This document shows, one piece after another, positions 11,080 through 19,934 of a DNA stretch of 56,412 nucleotides (position 1 is the stretch's first letter; each line of letters begins with the position of its first letter). The notes beneath the pieces were generated by a model. It was given only the letters and a program-made list of their open reading frames with translations. It was not told the DNA's origin and did no database searches. This DNA comes from Amoeboaphelidium occidentale (Eukaryota). The stretch covers positions 310,001 to 366,412 of the forward strand of contig JALGPX010000014.1 of assembly GCA_023515795.1 (NCBI GenBank), written 5' to 3'. Made by a program: the position numbers and the translations under genes.

Positions 11080-11457
11080 AGCTCCAGCTCATGCGTCTAC
11101 ATGCTGCGAGCTGGAGTGCGAATGAGCTTTCTTAAAGGGTGAATATCTAGCTCGCTCTGAATCCAGAAACTTAAGTTCATTCTGTTTACATGAGTTGAAA
11201 CAGACAAAGTTTTGGGCGGTTAAAGTCTAATTTAGATTGCTTAACTGTTTGGAACAGGGACATCAACGCTGCACGAAATATCAGACACGTTTTCTTGGAT
11301 TTGAATGCAAATGAAGGTTAAAGACAGGTGATTATGCTTGCATATTTACTTGTACAGTCTCCACCAGCGTAGCCGAGAAATCGGCGATTCGTGTAACGCT
11401 CTTCTAAGTAAGATTTTGTTCTATTTGAACTAATCCTGTAGTGAAAGGCAAGTTATT
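11080..11457 (+). mobile_element. Non-autonomous Fanzor (TnpB-like) remnant, copy 1: degenerate ZF + RuvC-III coding fragment plus conserved 3' tail
   Basis: Translates SFCLHELKQTKFWAVKV / 2-nt frameshift / NLDCLTVWNRDINAARNIRHVFLDLNANEG* (W codon at 11250, stop 11319-11321); ~93% identical to the reverse complement of 55225-55605. Confidence 0.85.
11322..11457 (+). ncRNA. Putative Fanzor omegaRNA scaffold, copy 1
   Basis: Non-coding region after the Fanzor stop, conserved between copies; nested stems TTACTT/AAGTAA, AGCGT/ACGCT, GCCGA-GAAA-TCGGC and terminal AACT..CCT..AGG..AGTT. Expression not shown. Confidence 0.5.
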
Positions 11458-11511
11458 CTTGTCAAAACGGTTTCATTTGAGTATTGATAGTAATTACAAT
11501 GTTAACTTGAC

Positions 11512-12417
11512 CTAACGCATTCCACCTACGCTAGGAGCCCTGCCATTTGGTCCATAACGGTTTACGCGGTTTACAGGAGGTGGTGGTGGAGCATCAATAC
11601 GCCTTGGAGGTGGCGCGACAGGTACACGAGGAGGTGGCGGAGTTGGTACACTAGGAGTTGTTGTGGGAACTGCAGGTGTTGTTCTCGGAACTCCTGGCGT
11701 TGGTGTGATAGACGTGGTCGTGGTGCTTGTTGTTCGAGGAGTGAATACTGGTGATGATGATGTAACAATTAAAGTTGTCGAAGGAGTTGGCATTGTTCTT
11801 GTCCTTACTGTTGCCGTCGTGGAAGGAGTGAAAGACGTTCTTGGTGTGGTTGCAGTCGTTGTCGTCATGATGAATGAAGTTGTTGTTCTTGTTCTTGTCC
11901 TAGTTCTCGTTCTGGGCCTTGTTCTAGTTCGTGTTGTTGTCGTCAATTGAGTAGACGGCGTTGGCTCAACCAATGTAGAGGTTAATATTGTTGATGGGTA
12001 AGTTGACGGAGTTGGTTCTACCAAAGTGCTTGTTCATGTTGTTGAGAAGGGCGGCTCGGTCGTAGGAGGATACATAACCGACGTGGAAGCTGTACAAGTA
12101 GTTGGTGGTGCGGGATATTCAACTGTAACTGTTGTTTCAACGGAGCTCGGAGGCGCCGGAGGAACAACGTATGAAACAGGAGGCAAACTTGATTCTGGCG
12201 CATCAGGAACAGGAACGCTTGGTGGAACGCTAGGATAGCTTGGCGACTCAGTACCTGGCGCATCAGGAACAGGAGCCTCGGGTGGAGGGCTTGAGTAGCT
12301 TGGTGGAGCAGCATCTGGTGTTGTTGAGCCTGAACTAGGGCATGGTGGTCCACCAGGAACTTCTGGAAGAGCAAAGTAAACCGACAAGAATGATGATACA
12401 AGTAGAACCAATTTCAT
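11512..12417 (-). pseudogene. Secreted Pro/Thr-rich protein, paralog B, interrupted by an in-frame TGA (12034-12036)
   Basis: ORFs 12034-12417 and 11512-12024 share one frame: ...FSTT*TSTLVEPTPST...; signal peptide MKLVLLVSSFLSVYFA and PCPS motif as in paralog A. Could be a truncated gene, readthrough or a sequence error. Confidence 0.7.
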
Positions 12418-12756
12418 TTCTGCAGAAGAGATAAATGATCAAAATGAAATAATAAAGACTTCTCCCTGGAGAGCTTCTTCTTGGTGTCACGCTTGTCTGT
12501 CGCAGACAAAGTCAATTGGTCTAAGTGTCTCACAAAAACCAATCAAATGTCGCACAAGCAAGCTTAGACAACTCAGGTTCCACGGGCACAGCAAAAAACA
12601 GCAATCCCAGACAGCAGGAATATGACCGATCTCACTCCGATAATGCGCTCGTAATTTTCTTGAAGTCTTCTTGGTTTGAATCTGTTCAGAACATACTGCA
12701 TTTCTCTCCACTTATTGAACATCAACATTCAGAAGACTTGTCACTGAAAAAGTTTA

Positions 12757-14814
12757 TTAAATTGCCCCCGTGATGGTTTCATTCACCGCTTTTGTAGAAG
12801 ACACCAATTGATAAAGAGAGTTGAAGAATTCTTCAGGAGGAACTTCGCGAGCGTCGCTATCTTCTAAACTTGAAATTTCATTCAATTTCACCAGAGCACG
12901 GGTATACTCTGCAGATATATGTGAAACAGACATTGAAAGTGTCGCGATTGCAGCTTGAACATTCTTTAAAGACTTTGAGAGCTGCTCCTTACAACAATCA
13001 TCAGGAACACTGGCAAGCAAGGCCTTCACTTTACTCATTCCTTCTTTGAGCAATGATATTTCCTTTTTAAAGTGAATGTCCTTTACTTGCGTTTCTCTCA
13101 AAGGATGCCATTTTTCGTAAAACTTTGCAACTTTCGGTTTCTGTAAGGATAACTGGGACATAAAGAAATGAAACAAAGACTTCCACGCCAAGTGCTTCTT
13201 AGGAGCGTTTTGTTGCCGAGCGATAGGTATTTTTCCCGTTGAATGCCTTAAGCTAGCATAAACTGAAGCCATGTCATTGGGCTTAATTTCTTCAAACTTC
13301 AAAATGTCTCTGATTCTGAAAGCAGGAGGTTTCCAAGCTGAACTGTTCTTCATCCATCCTGCCCTACCCTGGTTCATAAAGAGAGCAAGTTTCAAAGCTT
13401 GCTTTACAAATTCCTCTAATAATTCTCCATTCTCCGATATATCCACAAGAGCTTGATGGAAGAAATCTAGACTGTTACCAACATCTTTAATTAGCTCTTT
13501 GTAGCTGTGCAAAAATTGTAATACTTCTAACCGTAACGTATAATCAGGTATACCGCTAGCCATCAACATGAATCTATCAGGCGGAAGGAGTAAATGTGAT
13601 TTCTGAGCATAAGGTTCAAGTGCCATTACTTCTTGTTCATTAGGAGCAAATCTAACCAAGTCTTTTGCAATTTGTAGGGATATCACATTCAGATCCATTT
13701 TCAGGATACCACTTTCGATGACTTCAATTGAAAGACGCATCTGCTTTAATGTTAAATCTAAAGTGTACTGTTTCCTATCATCAATAACACTAATGGGTTT
13801 CTTTGGAGAACCATTAGGCGAACTCTTGATATCATCACCAAAGTCATCGCCATCGCCGTCCTCGATTCCAGAATCTCTTCTTGTTGGACTAGAAGCTATA
13901 GATAGAAAACCAGATCTGGCGGGTTTCAGACCAAACTGAACTCTAAAATCATCCTTATGCTCTCCAATTAAGCCATCCAGATCTTCATCTAAAATAGTCT
14001 CGTCGAGTTGAGAGAATAAAGAATTGGGATTTCGTGGCACAATAGATAAAGGACACATGCGATATTTTGGCTGAACTTTCTTGACTGGTGAGCTATTAAG
14101 TGCAGATGGTAGTGGCGGAGGTAACGGCGCACTTGGCATTGGTGGAGGTGCAGGAGGTGGCGGAGCATCTGGAGTCGCAAGGACAGTAGCAGCGGATATT
14201 TCCGGTATCTTAGCAGAATCCTCGCTAGACCTGAAACCATCAGGCGTAACAAGATCCCTCTGATCAAGACAAACTTCATCAATACTTTTCAGCTGTGTTA
14301 TCCACTGCGGCTTAGGCGATTCTTCAATATCCGTTTGAACTTCAACAGATACTCCAACGGGAGGCCTAACTTGAATAGCGATCGTCTTCATCTGCTTAGG
14401 CTCATCTGTAACATCAACCTGACAGCCAAACTCCATCGTCTCATGCTTTTTGCCATTAGAGTTCAGAGGCTCCAGTTCTATCGCAGAATCCGCTTTTGTG
14501 ATATCATCAGCTGAACTCTTGTCTGGTCTGAACTTGTCCCCAGAATTAGAGTAGAAGAACATGTAAGTGATCATCCCAAACAGAATCGAAATGTCAATGA
14601 GTCCTTTCAGGCTGTGCTCTAAGGATGAATTCATTTGAAACGGAACAGAATCCACTATTCGATCAGTCAATATCTTGGCCAAGACAACCAACGCACAAAG
14701 AACAGTTATACGACGCTGCACAAACAATCCCATGTTTTGATACAACTGCATCGACGTATCATCCACTCCATCAGGGTTCTCTGTCCGATTACTCTCAGAG
14801 TGTTCGGAGCTCAT
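12757..14814 (-). CDS. Divergent formin (FH1 polyproline + FH2) with two N-terminal hydrophobic segments
   Basis: First ATG 14814; PPPPAPPPMPSAPLPPPLP (FH1) followed by VIDDRKQYTLDLTL...P.EQE...L...DRFM...IPDYTLRL, LFMN and AFRIRDILKFEEIK (FH2-like). Confidence 0.8.
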   Translation of the reverse strand: MSSEHSESNRTENPDGVDDTSMQLYQNMGLFVQRRITVLCALVVLAKILTDRIVDSVPFQMNSSLEHSLKGLIDISILFGMITYMFFYSNSGDKFRPDKSSADDITKADSAIELEPLNSNGKKHETMEFGCQVDVTDEPKQMKTIAIQVRPPVGVSVEVQTDIEESPKPQWITQLKSIDEVCLDQRDLVTPDGFRSSEDSAKIPEISAATVLATPDAPPPPAPPPMPSAPLPPPLPSALNSSPVKKVQPKYRMCPLSIVPRNPNSLFSQLDETILDEDLDGLIGEHKDDFRVQFGLKPARSGFLSIASSPTRRDSGIEDGDGDDFGDDIKSSPNGSPKKPISVIDDRKQYTLDLTLKQMRLSIEVIESGILKMDLNVISLQIAKDLVRFAPNEQEVMALEPYAQKSHLLLPPDRFMLMASGIPDYTLRLEVLQFLHSYKELIKDVGNSLDFFHQALVDISENGELLEEFVKQALKLALFMNQGRAGWMKNSSAWKPPAFRIRDILKFEEIKPNDMASVYASLRHSTGKIPIARQQNAPKKHLAWKSLFHFFMSQLSLQKPKVAKFYEKWHPLRETQVKDIHFKKEISLLKEGMSKVKALLASVPDDCCKEQLSKSLKNVQAAIATLSMSVSHISAEYTRALVKLNEISSLEDSDAREVPPEEFFNSLYQLVSSTKAVNETITGAI

Positions 14815-14913
14815 CAAAGTGATATTCAATGTAGTCGCTGCACAAAGAGAAACAAAAGGTGGTTTGTGCGACAAAGGCTCTGATTCAACGATAAAAATCT
14901 ACAGAGAGTTCTA

Positions 14914-15349
14914 TTAGTCAGAAGGTTGCTGCACCACCAAAAGAAAATATTCATTTTCTACAACAGAAAGTTTAAAACTGACTCCTTCTGAGGTTGATAC
15001 CCACCTGGCGCAATCATTATATCGTGCTTTTTGGTTCTGATCCGTAGAAAACTTAAATCATTCTAATAGACATCAGTAAGAACCGGAAACTTAAACGTTA
15101 CAGTGATATCAATTTCTTTAATAGCATTTCGGGCATTTAAAAGTAACTGTGAAAACAGGGCTGCGTATTGGTTAGTAAGAGAATTATCAGGCAAAGTCGA
15201 TCTGATCGGTGCACCATCTGCATTCACCACAACAATCCCAATAACTCCCTTTTGACTTTGTAATCGTTTAAGCGTTGTTTCTACTTCAGCCTACGACAGA
15301 TTTAAAGTTTAGCTGAGGGAAACGTGTTGATTTTAAGGAAGGTTACCAT
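14914..15349 (-). CDS. DYNLRB: Dynein light chain roadblock (DYNLRB/LC7), 4 exons; missed by the ORF track
   Basis: Spliced [34 protein letters not shown]...[38 protein letters not shown]; first coding exon is the ATG alone (intron 15291-15346). Confidence 0.92.
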
Positions 15350-15447
15350 GTTCGCAATTCCAAAGGGCTTGGGACAAACTCGCTCGACGATCACAAAAGT
15401 TTTCCGTTCGCAATTGAGTCGCTTTCATCACTCAAAGAAATCTGGAA

Positions 15448-16452
15448 ATGTTTCTGAACGTCGGTAAATCCGCTTTAGCTACTCAAGGCAGAAGGTTTGT
15501 CTTTTAGTTTGTCGTAGAAGTAAAATGTCTTTTAATTGCTTAGCTTGCTTTTGAATCAGAGCCGCAATATGGCAACTTTGAAAGAAAGTAATTATTCGGA
15601 ATTATTCTAACTTCATTTGTAAAGTTCAAATTAGATTAAAGTCTGTCAAGAATATTGCCAAGATCACAAAGTCCATGAAGATGATTGCTTCTACTAAACT
15701 AACACGCGCTCAAAAGCAGATGCACACCGCAAAGTCTTTTGGAAAAGCTTCTAATGCGACTTTGAAGATGTTGGAGCCAAAAGTTCCTGAGGATTCCAAG
15801 AAGAAGTTGTTGATTGCTTGCAGCTCAGATCGTGGTTTGTGTGGTGCTATTCACTCTACAGTTTCAAAACCTGTCAAGAAGGCTGTGGCTGCTGATCCTG
15901 CAAATAGTTTGGTCGTTGTTATTGGTGATAAGCCAAAGACTCAGATTCAGAGAACTGCTCGTGAGAATATTGTATTGTCTGTTGGTTCTATCGGAAAACA
16001 GACTCCAACTTATGCTGAAGTTGCCGCAATTACTGATTTGATCTTTGGCTTGAAGTTAGAGTTCGGAGAGGCACAGCTTTTCTACAATGAATTCAAGAGT
16101 GTCATTGCTTATGAGCTTGGTGTAATGAAGGTTTACCCTGATACCGTCTTGTCTGCTTCTGAAAAGTTGACGCAGTACGAGATTGAAGATGATGTATTGA
16201 AGAACTATGCTGAGTTCACATTTGCAAACGCTTTGTACAGTGCTTTGGCTGAAGGTCATGCATCTGAAATTGCCGCAAGAAGAACAGCCATGGAGAACGC
16301 TACAAAGAATGCTGGTGAAGTTATTGAAGATTTGACCATGAAATTCAACAGAGGAAGACAGGCTGCTATTACCAATGAATTGGTTGAAGTTATTACAGGT
16401 AAATTAGTTTATGTTTTTTGTTGCTTATATTCTAGGTGCTTCTGCTCTGTGA
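15448..16452 (+). CDS. ATP3: Mitochondrial ATP synthase F1 gamma subunit
   Basis: Presequence then MATLKEIQIRLKSVKNIAKITKSMKMIAS, SDRGLCG, RQAAITNELVEVITGASAL*; three short GT-AG introns. Confidence 0.96.
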
Positions 16453-16501
16453 ATCTCTTGTTAAAGCAAAGAACAATAAATAAGAACAGCCATTCCGAGA
16501 T

Positions 16502-18631
16502 CTATTTTGCTACTTTTGTTACAAGTTTGACTAAATTAGCCAAAGGAGACTGTATGAAGACGTAAAGGCAGGAACCCAAGAGACAAGACCATAAGAATAT
16601 TCCACCAAGACTCAAGAACAAAGAAGCAAGTCTGAAAGGATACTCACGAAGAACGGTTCCAAAGAAAACATGTAGCACGATTATATGAACAAGATACATC
16701 GAAAATGTGAGTCTTCCTAAAACAGCCCATCCTCTCCATGACGCAAATCGAGTAAGAATGTGTGTGGATTCCGGCGAGACAACAGAAGGTAGAGCCAATA
16801 GTCCTAAGCCTAAAGCCCAAAATATTCTAGATAATCCATTATAAGCAGCATTCATGTAAATACCATGGTCCTTCTCTGTCTCTTTCAATTCTTCAGTTGC
16901 GTTTCGGATCACAAATGGCAAGTACAGAGTGACGAGCAACAATACTCCGCCAAGTATTTGAAGTAAAGGAGTAACAAGTCTACTAATTGTGACTCTTCTT
17001 TTTCTCAGACTGAAACTGTAGTATGCAAAAATCACTCCGATCGTAGATGAATTCAAGTGATTGTAAGGTTTTGTCAAGAACTCTTTTAGGAACAATGGCA
17101 TACCCTTTGCATCTCTATCAAATAATACTGTTGGAATACTGTACTTCATAGTAAGCAACGCACTTGTGCATGACGCTGCAATTATTGCAAGAATTAATGC
17201 GAGGAAACCAAAATATTTCCAGCATTTGCCAAACCACAAAGGAACAATGAAAAGAGGTAGTAGAAGATACAATTGAAAATTGATAGACATGAACCATGAC
17301 CACGGGACACATACATCCTTTGTTTCAGTAGGATAAAAGTTATTGATGTACAATAGATTTGTCCACCAGAATCGCGAGCAAGTAGATTCGACACTATCCA
17401 CTTGTTTGAACCAAACAGGACCATTGCCCATTAGTGGGAACAAAAAGAACCAAGTAAACAAAGTGATAGCATACAAAGGCGTAACTCTGAAAAGGAAAGA
17501 AAATACGTAGTCAATGTAATTGAACATTTTTCTCGTGACATTCTTGGAAAAAGTCAAGTAAGCAGCAAAAAAGGCAGTTGTAAACAAAAAAGTATCAAGC
17601 GACAAGGGAGAATTGCTGAGAATCATCATAGCCGAGTAATCAGTCATTTCCAAAACAGTTTTCAAATCTACAGGAGCAATGTCCATGATCAGAAGAAATG
17701 TAACACCTAGCATTGCCCAAAGTAAAGATATGACTTTGAAGACATTGAATAGATTGACTTCTTCATGAGCTTGTGGTGAGCCTCTAAAAAGAGATGGTAT
17801 TGTAGAGTAAAGCGAGAAGCAAGTAATCAGGCGGAATAGGAAAGATCTCTCCGGTGGTTCTTGGGTTTTGATTATCAAAGGTGTATCTTCTAGAGGTTCA
17901 GCCAATGTGTCTGAACTCGATGAGGACAAATATTCCTTCGGTGGTTTTCCTTCTTCTTGTGTAATATCACAAGTAGCCGGAGTGCTCTTGTCCTTTGCTC
18001 TCAGAGCGTAAACTAGAACATACTCTAGAATTGTAGCGCCAACGCTGAACAGGACAATTATGACCAAACAGCTGAGAAATGTAATCGCAGAAGCTGACCA
18101 TTCAACTTTACCAAAAGGATGTACATTTGTAACATTATAGGAAAAGTTTAACTGTTCATCTTGAACAAAGTTTGAAACAAGTAGAGTGAATGGTGCCTGC
18201 TTGTAGAAAGCTTCTACTTTGGAGGTCATCATAACTTGATCACTCCCATCACCTGGAATCGCACCTTTGATATACTCAATGATCTGATTCACAACATCTT
18301 TGACATCTTCAGTATCACATGTAGATGGTAAGCAAACACCCAAGCTCGATGGCAAAACATTCCCAGCCACAACAAGATCACCTTCAACCAGATTATAAGT
18401 GAAATTGAAACCATCTTCGCTATCATCAACAAGTGAAACACATTCTTCAAGATCACCCAGAGATGTGAATGATCCACGCAGAGCACCAACTGGTTTGCCC
18501 CATGAGTCCAAAGCTTTTACTAACAAAATCTTCTTTTCCAACAAGCCTGAGATAGAGCCAATACATTCCCAGGACAATGATAGAGAGCCAGTAAGCGATA
18601 AGAGTAATATCGCAAGTCTCACAGCCAACAT
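16502..18631 (-). CDS. NRF-6/OACYL-like membrane protein (NRF domain + acyltransferase-3), paralog 1
   Basis: Signal peptide, DSWGKP...LGD..EC...GVCLPSTC (NRF domain), multi-TM region with GPVW...C..FWWTNLLYINN...C.PWSW. Confidence 0.88.
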   Translation of the reverse strand: MLAVRLAILLLSLTGSLSLSWECIGSISGLLEKKILLVKALDSWGKPVGALRGSFTSLGDLEECVSLVDDSEDGFNFTYNLVEGDLVVAGNVLPSSLGVCLPSTCDTEDVKDVVNQIIEYIKGAIPGDGSDQVMMTSKVEAFYKQAPFTLLVSNFVQDEQLNFSYNVTNVHPFGKVEWSASAITFLSCLVIIVLFSVGATILEYVLVYALRAKDKSTPATCDITQEEGKPPKEYLSSSSSDTLAEPLEDTPLIIKTQEPPERSFLFRLITCFSLYSTIPSLFRGSPQAHEEVNLFNVFKVISLLWAMLGVTFLLIMDIAPVDLKTVLEMTDYSAMMILSNSPLSLDTFLFTTAFFAAYLTFSKNVTRKMFNYIDYVFSFLFRVTPLYAITLFTWFFLFPLMGNGPVWFKQVDSVESTCSRFWWTNLLYINNFYPTETKDVCVPWSWFMSINFQLYLLLPLFIVPLWFGKCWKYFGFLALILAIIAASCTSALLTMKYSIPTVLFDRDAKGMPLFLKEFLTKPYNHLNSSTIGVIFAYYSFSLRKRRVTISRLVTPLLQILGGVLLLVTLYLPFVIRNATEELKETEKDHGIYMNAAYNGLSRIFWALGLGLLALPSVVSPESTHILTRFASWRGWAVLGRLTFSMYLVHIIVLHVFFGTVLREYPFRLASLFLSLGGIFLWSCLLGSCLYVFIQSPLANLVKLVTKVAK

Positions 18632-18802
18632 GACCTGTGAGCTGAAACAAGTTTTTGCGAAAGAACAAACAACGCCAAACAATTCCCAGGACCTTAAGAC
18701 CTCTATGAGCCATTAAATTTTAACCTAATCACTGTTGGATGACTCATCCTCTGCAAATTAACATGCGCCAACTCACTCTGTCCTAAACTTTTTACTGAAA
18801 GA

Positions 18803-19771
18803 ATGAGTGATACTTACACGATCGCGCTCAATGATGGTGAGGAATATGTGATCACCAAAGAAACTTTTGATGACCTGCCTTATGACTCGTTGCTTTACAA
18901 TCTGCTCAAAGACAATCAGACCATGTCGACAAAGAACGCTCAAGGCAAGTACCCGCTGATTCTAAAAACTCCACAAGTATTCAAGTACGTGCTACAGATT
19001 CTTACTGAGAGGCAATTTTCGTTATCGGCAATGCGCGAAGAGTTGAAACAATTTGGATTCAGCGCAACTGGCAGCATAGAGTGCCTAAAAGAGACTCTCG
19101 ATTACATGGGCTTATCGATGCCTTTCTACATGAAAGACTATGGTCAGACTCAAATTGATAAAATTAAAGAAGAGATTCACAATATGCCTATGACTACAGT
19201 CAGGGAACAATTGTTTACGCTGTCATGGGAACTTTACAACCATCTTGCACGGCATGTGGCTGCTAATCCGTTTCGTGTAGTGTTTGACAAGCGCTTCAGA
19301 GCTCATGGAAAATTGGTTGGAACAGAGAAGAAAACATGTTCAATTTTCGTCAAAAACGAGAAGGCAAGAATTGACTCCATCGACCTCATGGGGACACAAT
19401 CCACTCCCAAAGAAATATTCTTGCAGAGTTATCCCGTCAAGATCGGGCCGTACAACCCGCGAATAAGCTATCTGAGCCTCTGCTGGCTAATGGATCCCAA
19501 TTTGCTTAAAGATCTTGCGTTGGAGTATTTTACGCCTGTTTTAGAATTGATTGCGACCGAATTGTTGGGTTATGAATTCAAAGGCATCACGTTATTCATC
19601 GCTCCTGAAACTAACTGGGACCTCTGGATAGATTTTAAACTTGAGTATGGGCCAGAGGAGGAGCCGGAAGTGAAGCAAGAAGAGCAGAAGATTGAAGAAC
19701 AGAATGATCCAACAGAGATTGACAAGAAACCCACGAAAAGAAAAGCAGAAAGCTCATGCACTTGTACATGA
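18803..19771 (+). CDS. Hypothetical protein with N-terminal BTB/POZ-like domain
   Basis: 322-aa ORF; I.LN.GE.Y.ITKETF..LP.DSLL..L...P.VFKYVL..L resembles KCTD-type BTB. Confidence 0.6.
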   Translation: MSDTYTIALNDGEEYVITKETFDDLPYDSLLYNLLKDNQTMSTKNAQGKYPLILKTPQVFKYVLQILTERQFSLSAMREELKQFGFSATGSIECLKETLDYMGLSMPFYMKDYGQTQIDKIKEEIHNMPMTTVREQLFTLSWELYNHLARHVAANPFRVVFDKRFRAHGKLVGTEKKTCSIFVKNEKARIDSIDLMGTQSTPKEIFLQSYPVKIGPYNPRISYLSLCWLMDPNLLKDLALEYFTPVLELIATELLGYEFKGITLFIAPETNWDLWIDFKLEYGPEEEPEVKQEEQKIEEQNDPTEIDKKPTKRKAESSCTCT

Positions 19772-19934
19772 TCATTTTTCATGATGGATATGAAGCATTA
19801 AAGCTGATGCGTGACAGGCTCAATAATTCAATAAAACCTTTGGAAGATACTTTTGCCTGAAGCGTTGAAACACAATCTTTGCTCTTTTGCTTTGGTCGCT
19901 CTTCTGTGATTCAAAATTCTCTTAAACCTCAAGA

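Noticed and set aside
11431..11442. CCTG|TA resembling a Tc1/mariner right end with TA target duplication
   Set aside because: Copy-to-copy similarity continues ~17 nt beyond it and no matching TA-CAG left end was found.
11080..11457. Reading the repeat as a tRNA-derived SINE, rRNA or snRNA copy
   Set aside because: No A/B boxes, poly(A) tail or known structural-RNA motifs; the ZF/RuvC-III translation explains it better.
12034..12036. TGA as selenocysteine or reassigned codon (also the TGA at 55455-55457)
   Set aside because: TGA ends ordinary genes here (ATP3, NDUFB7, SWC4); the first aligns with Leu and the second lies in a decayed element.
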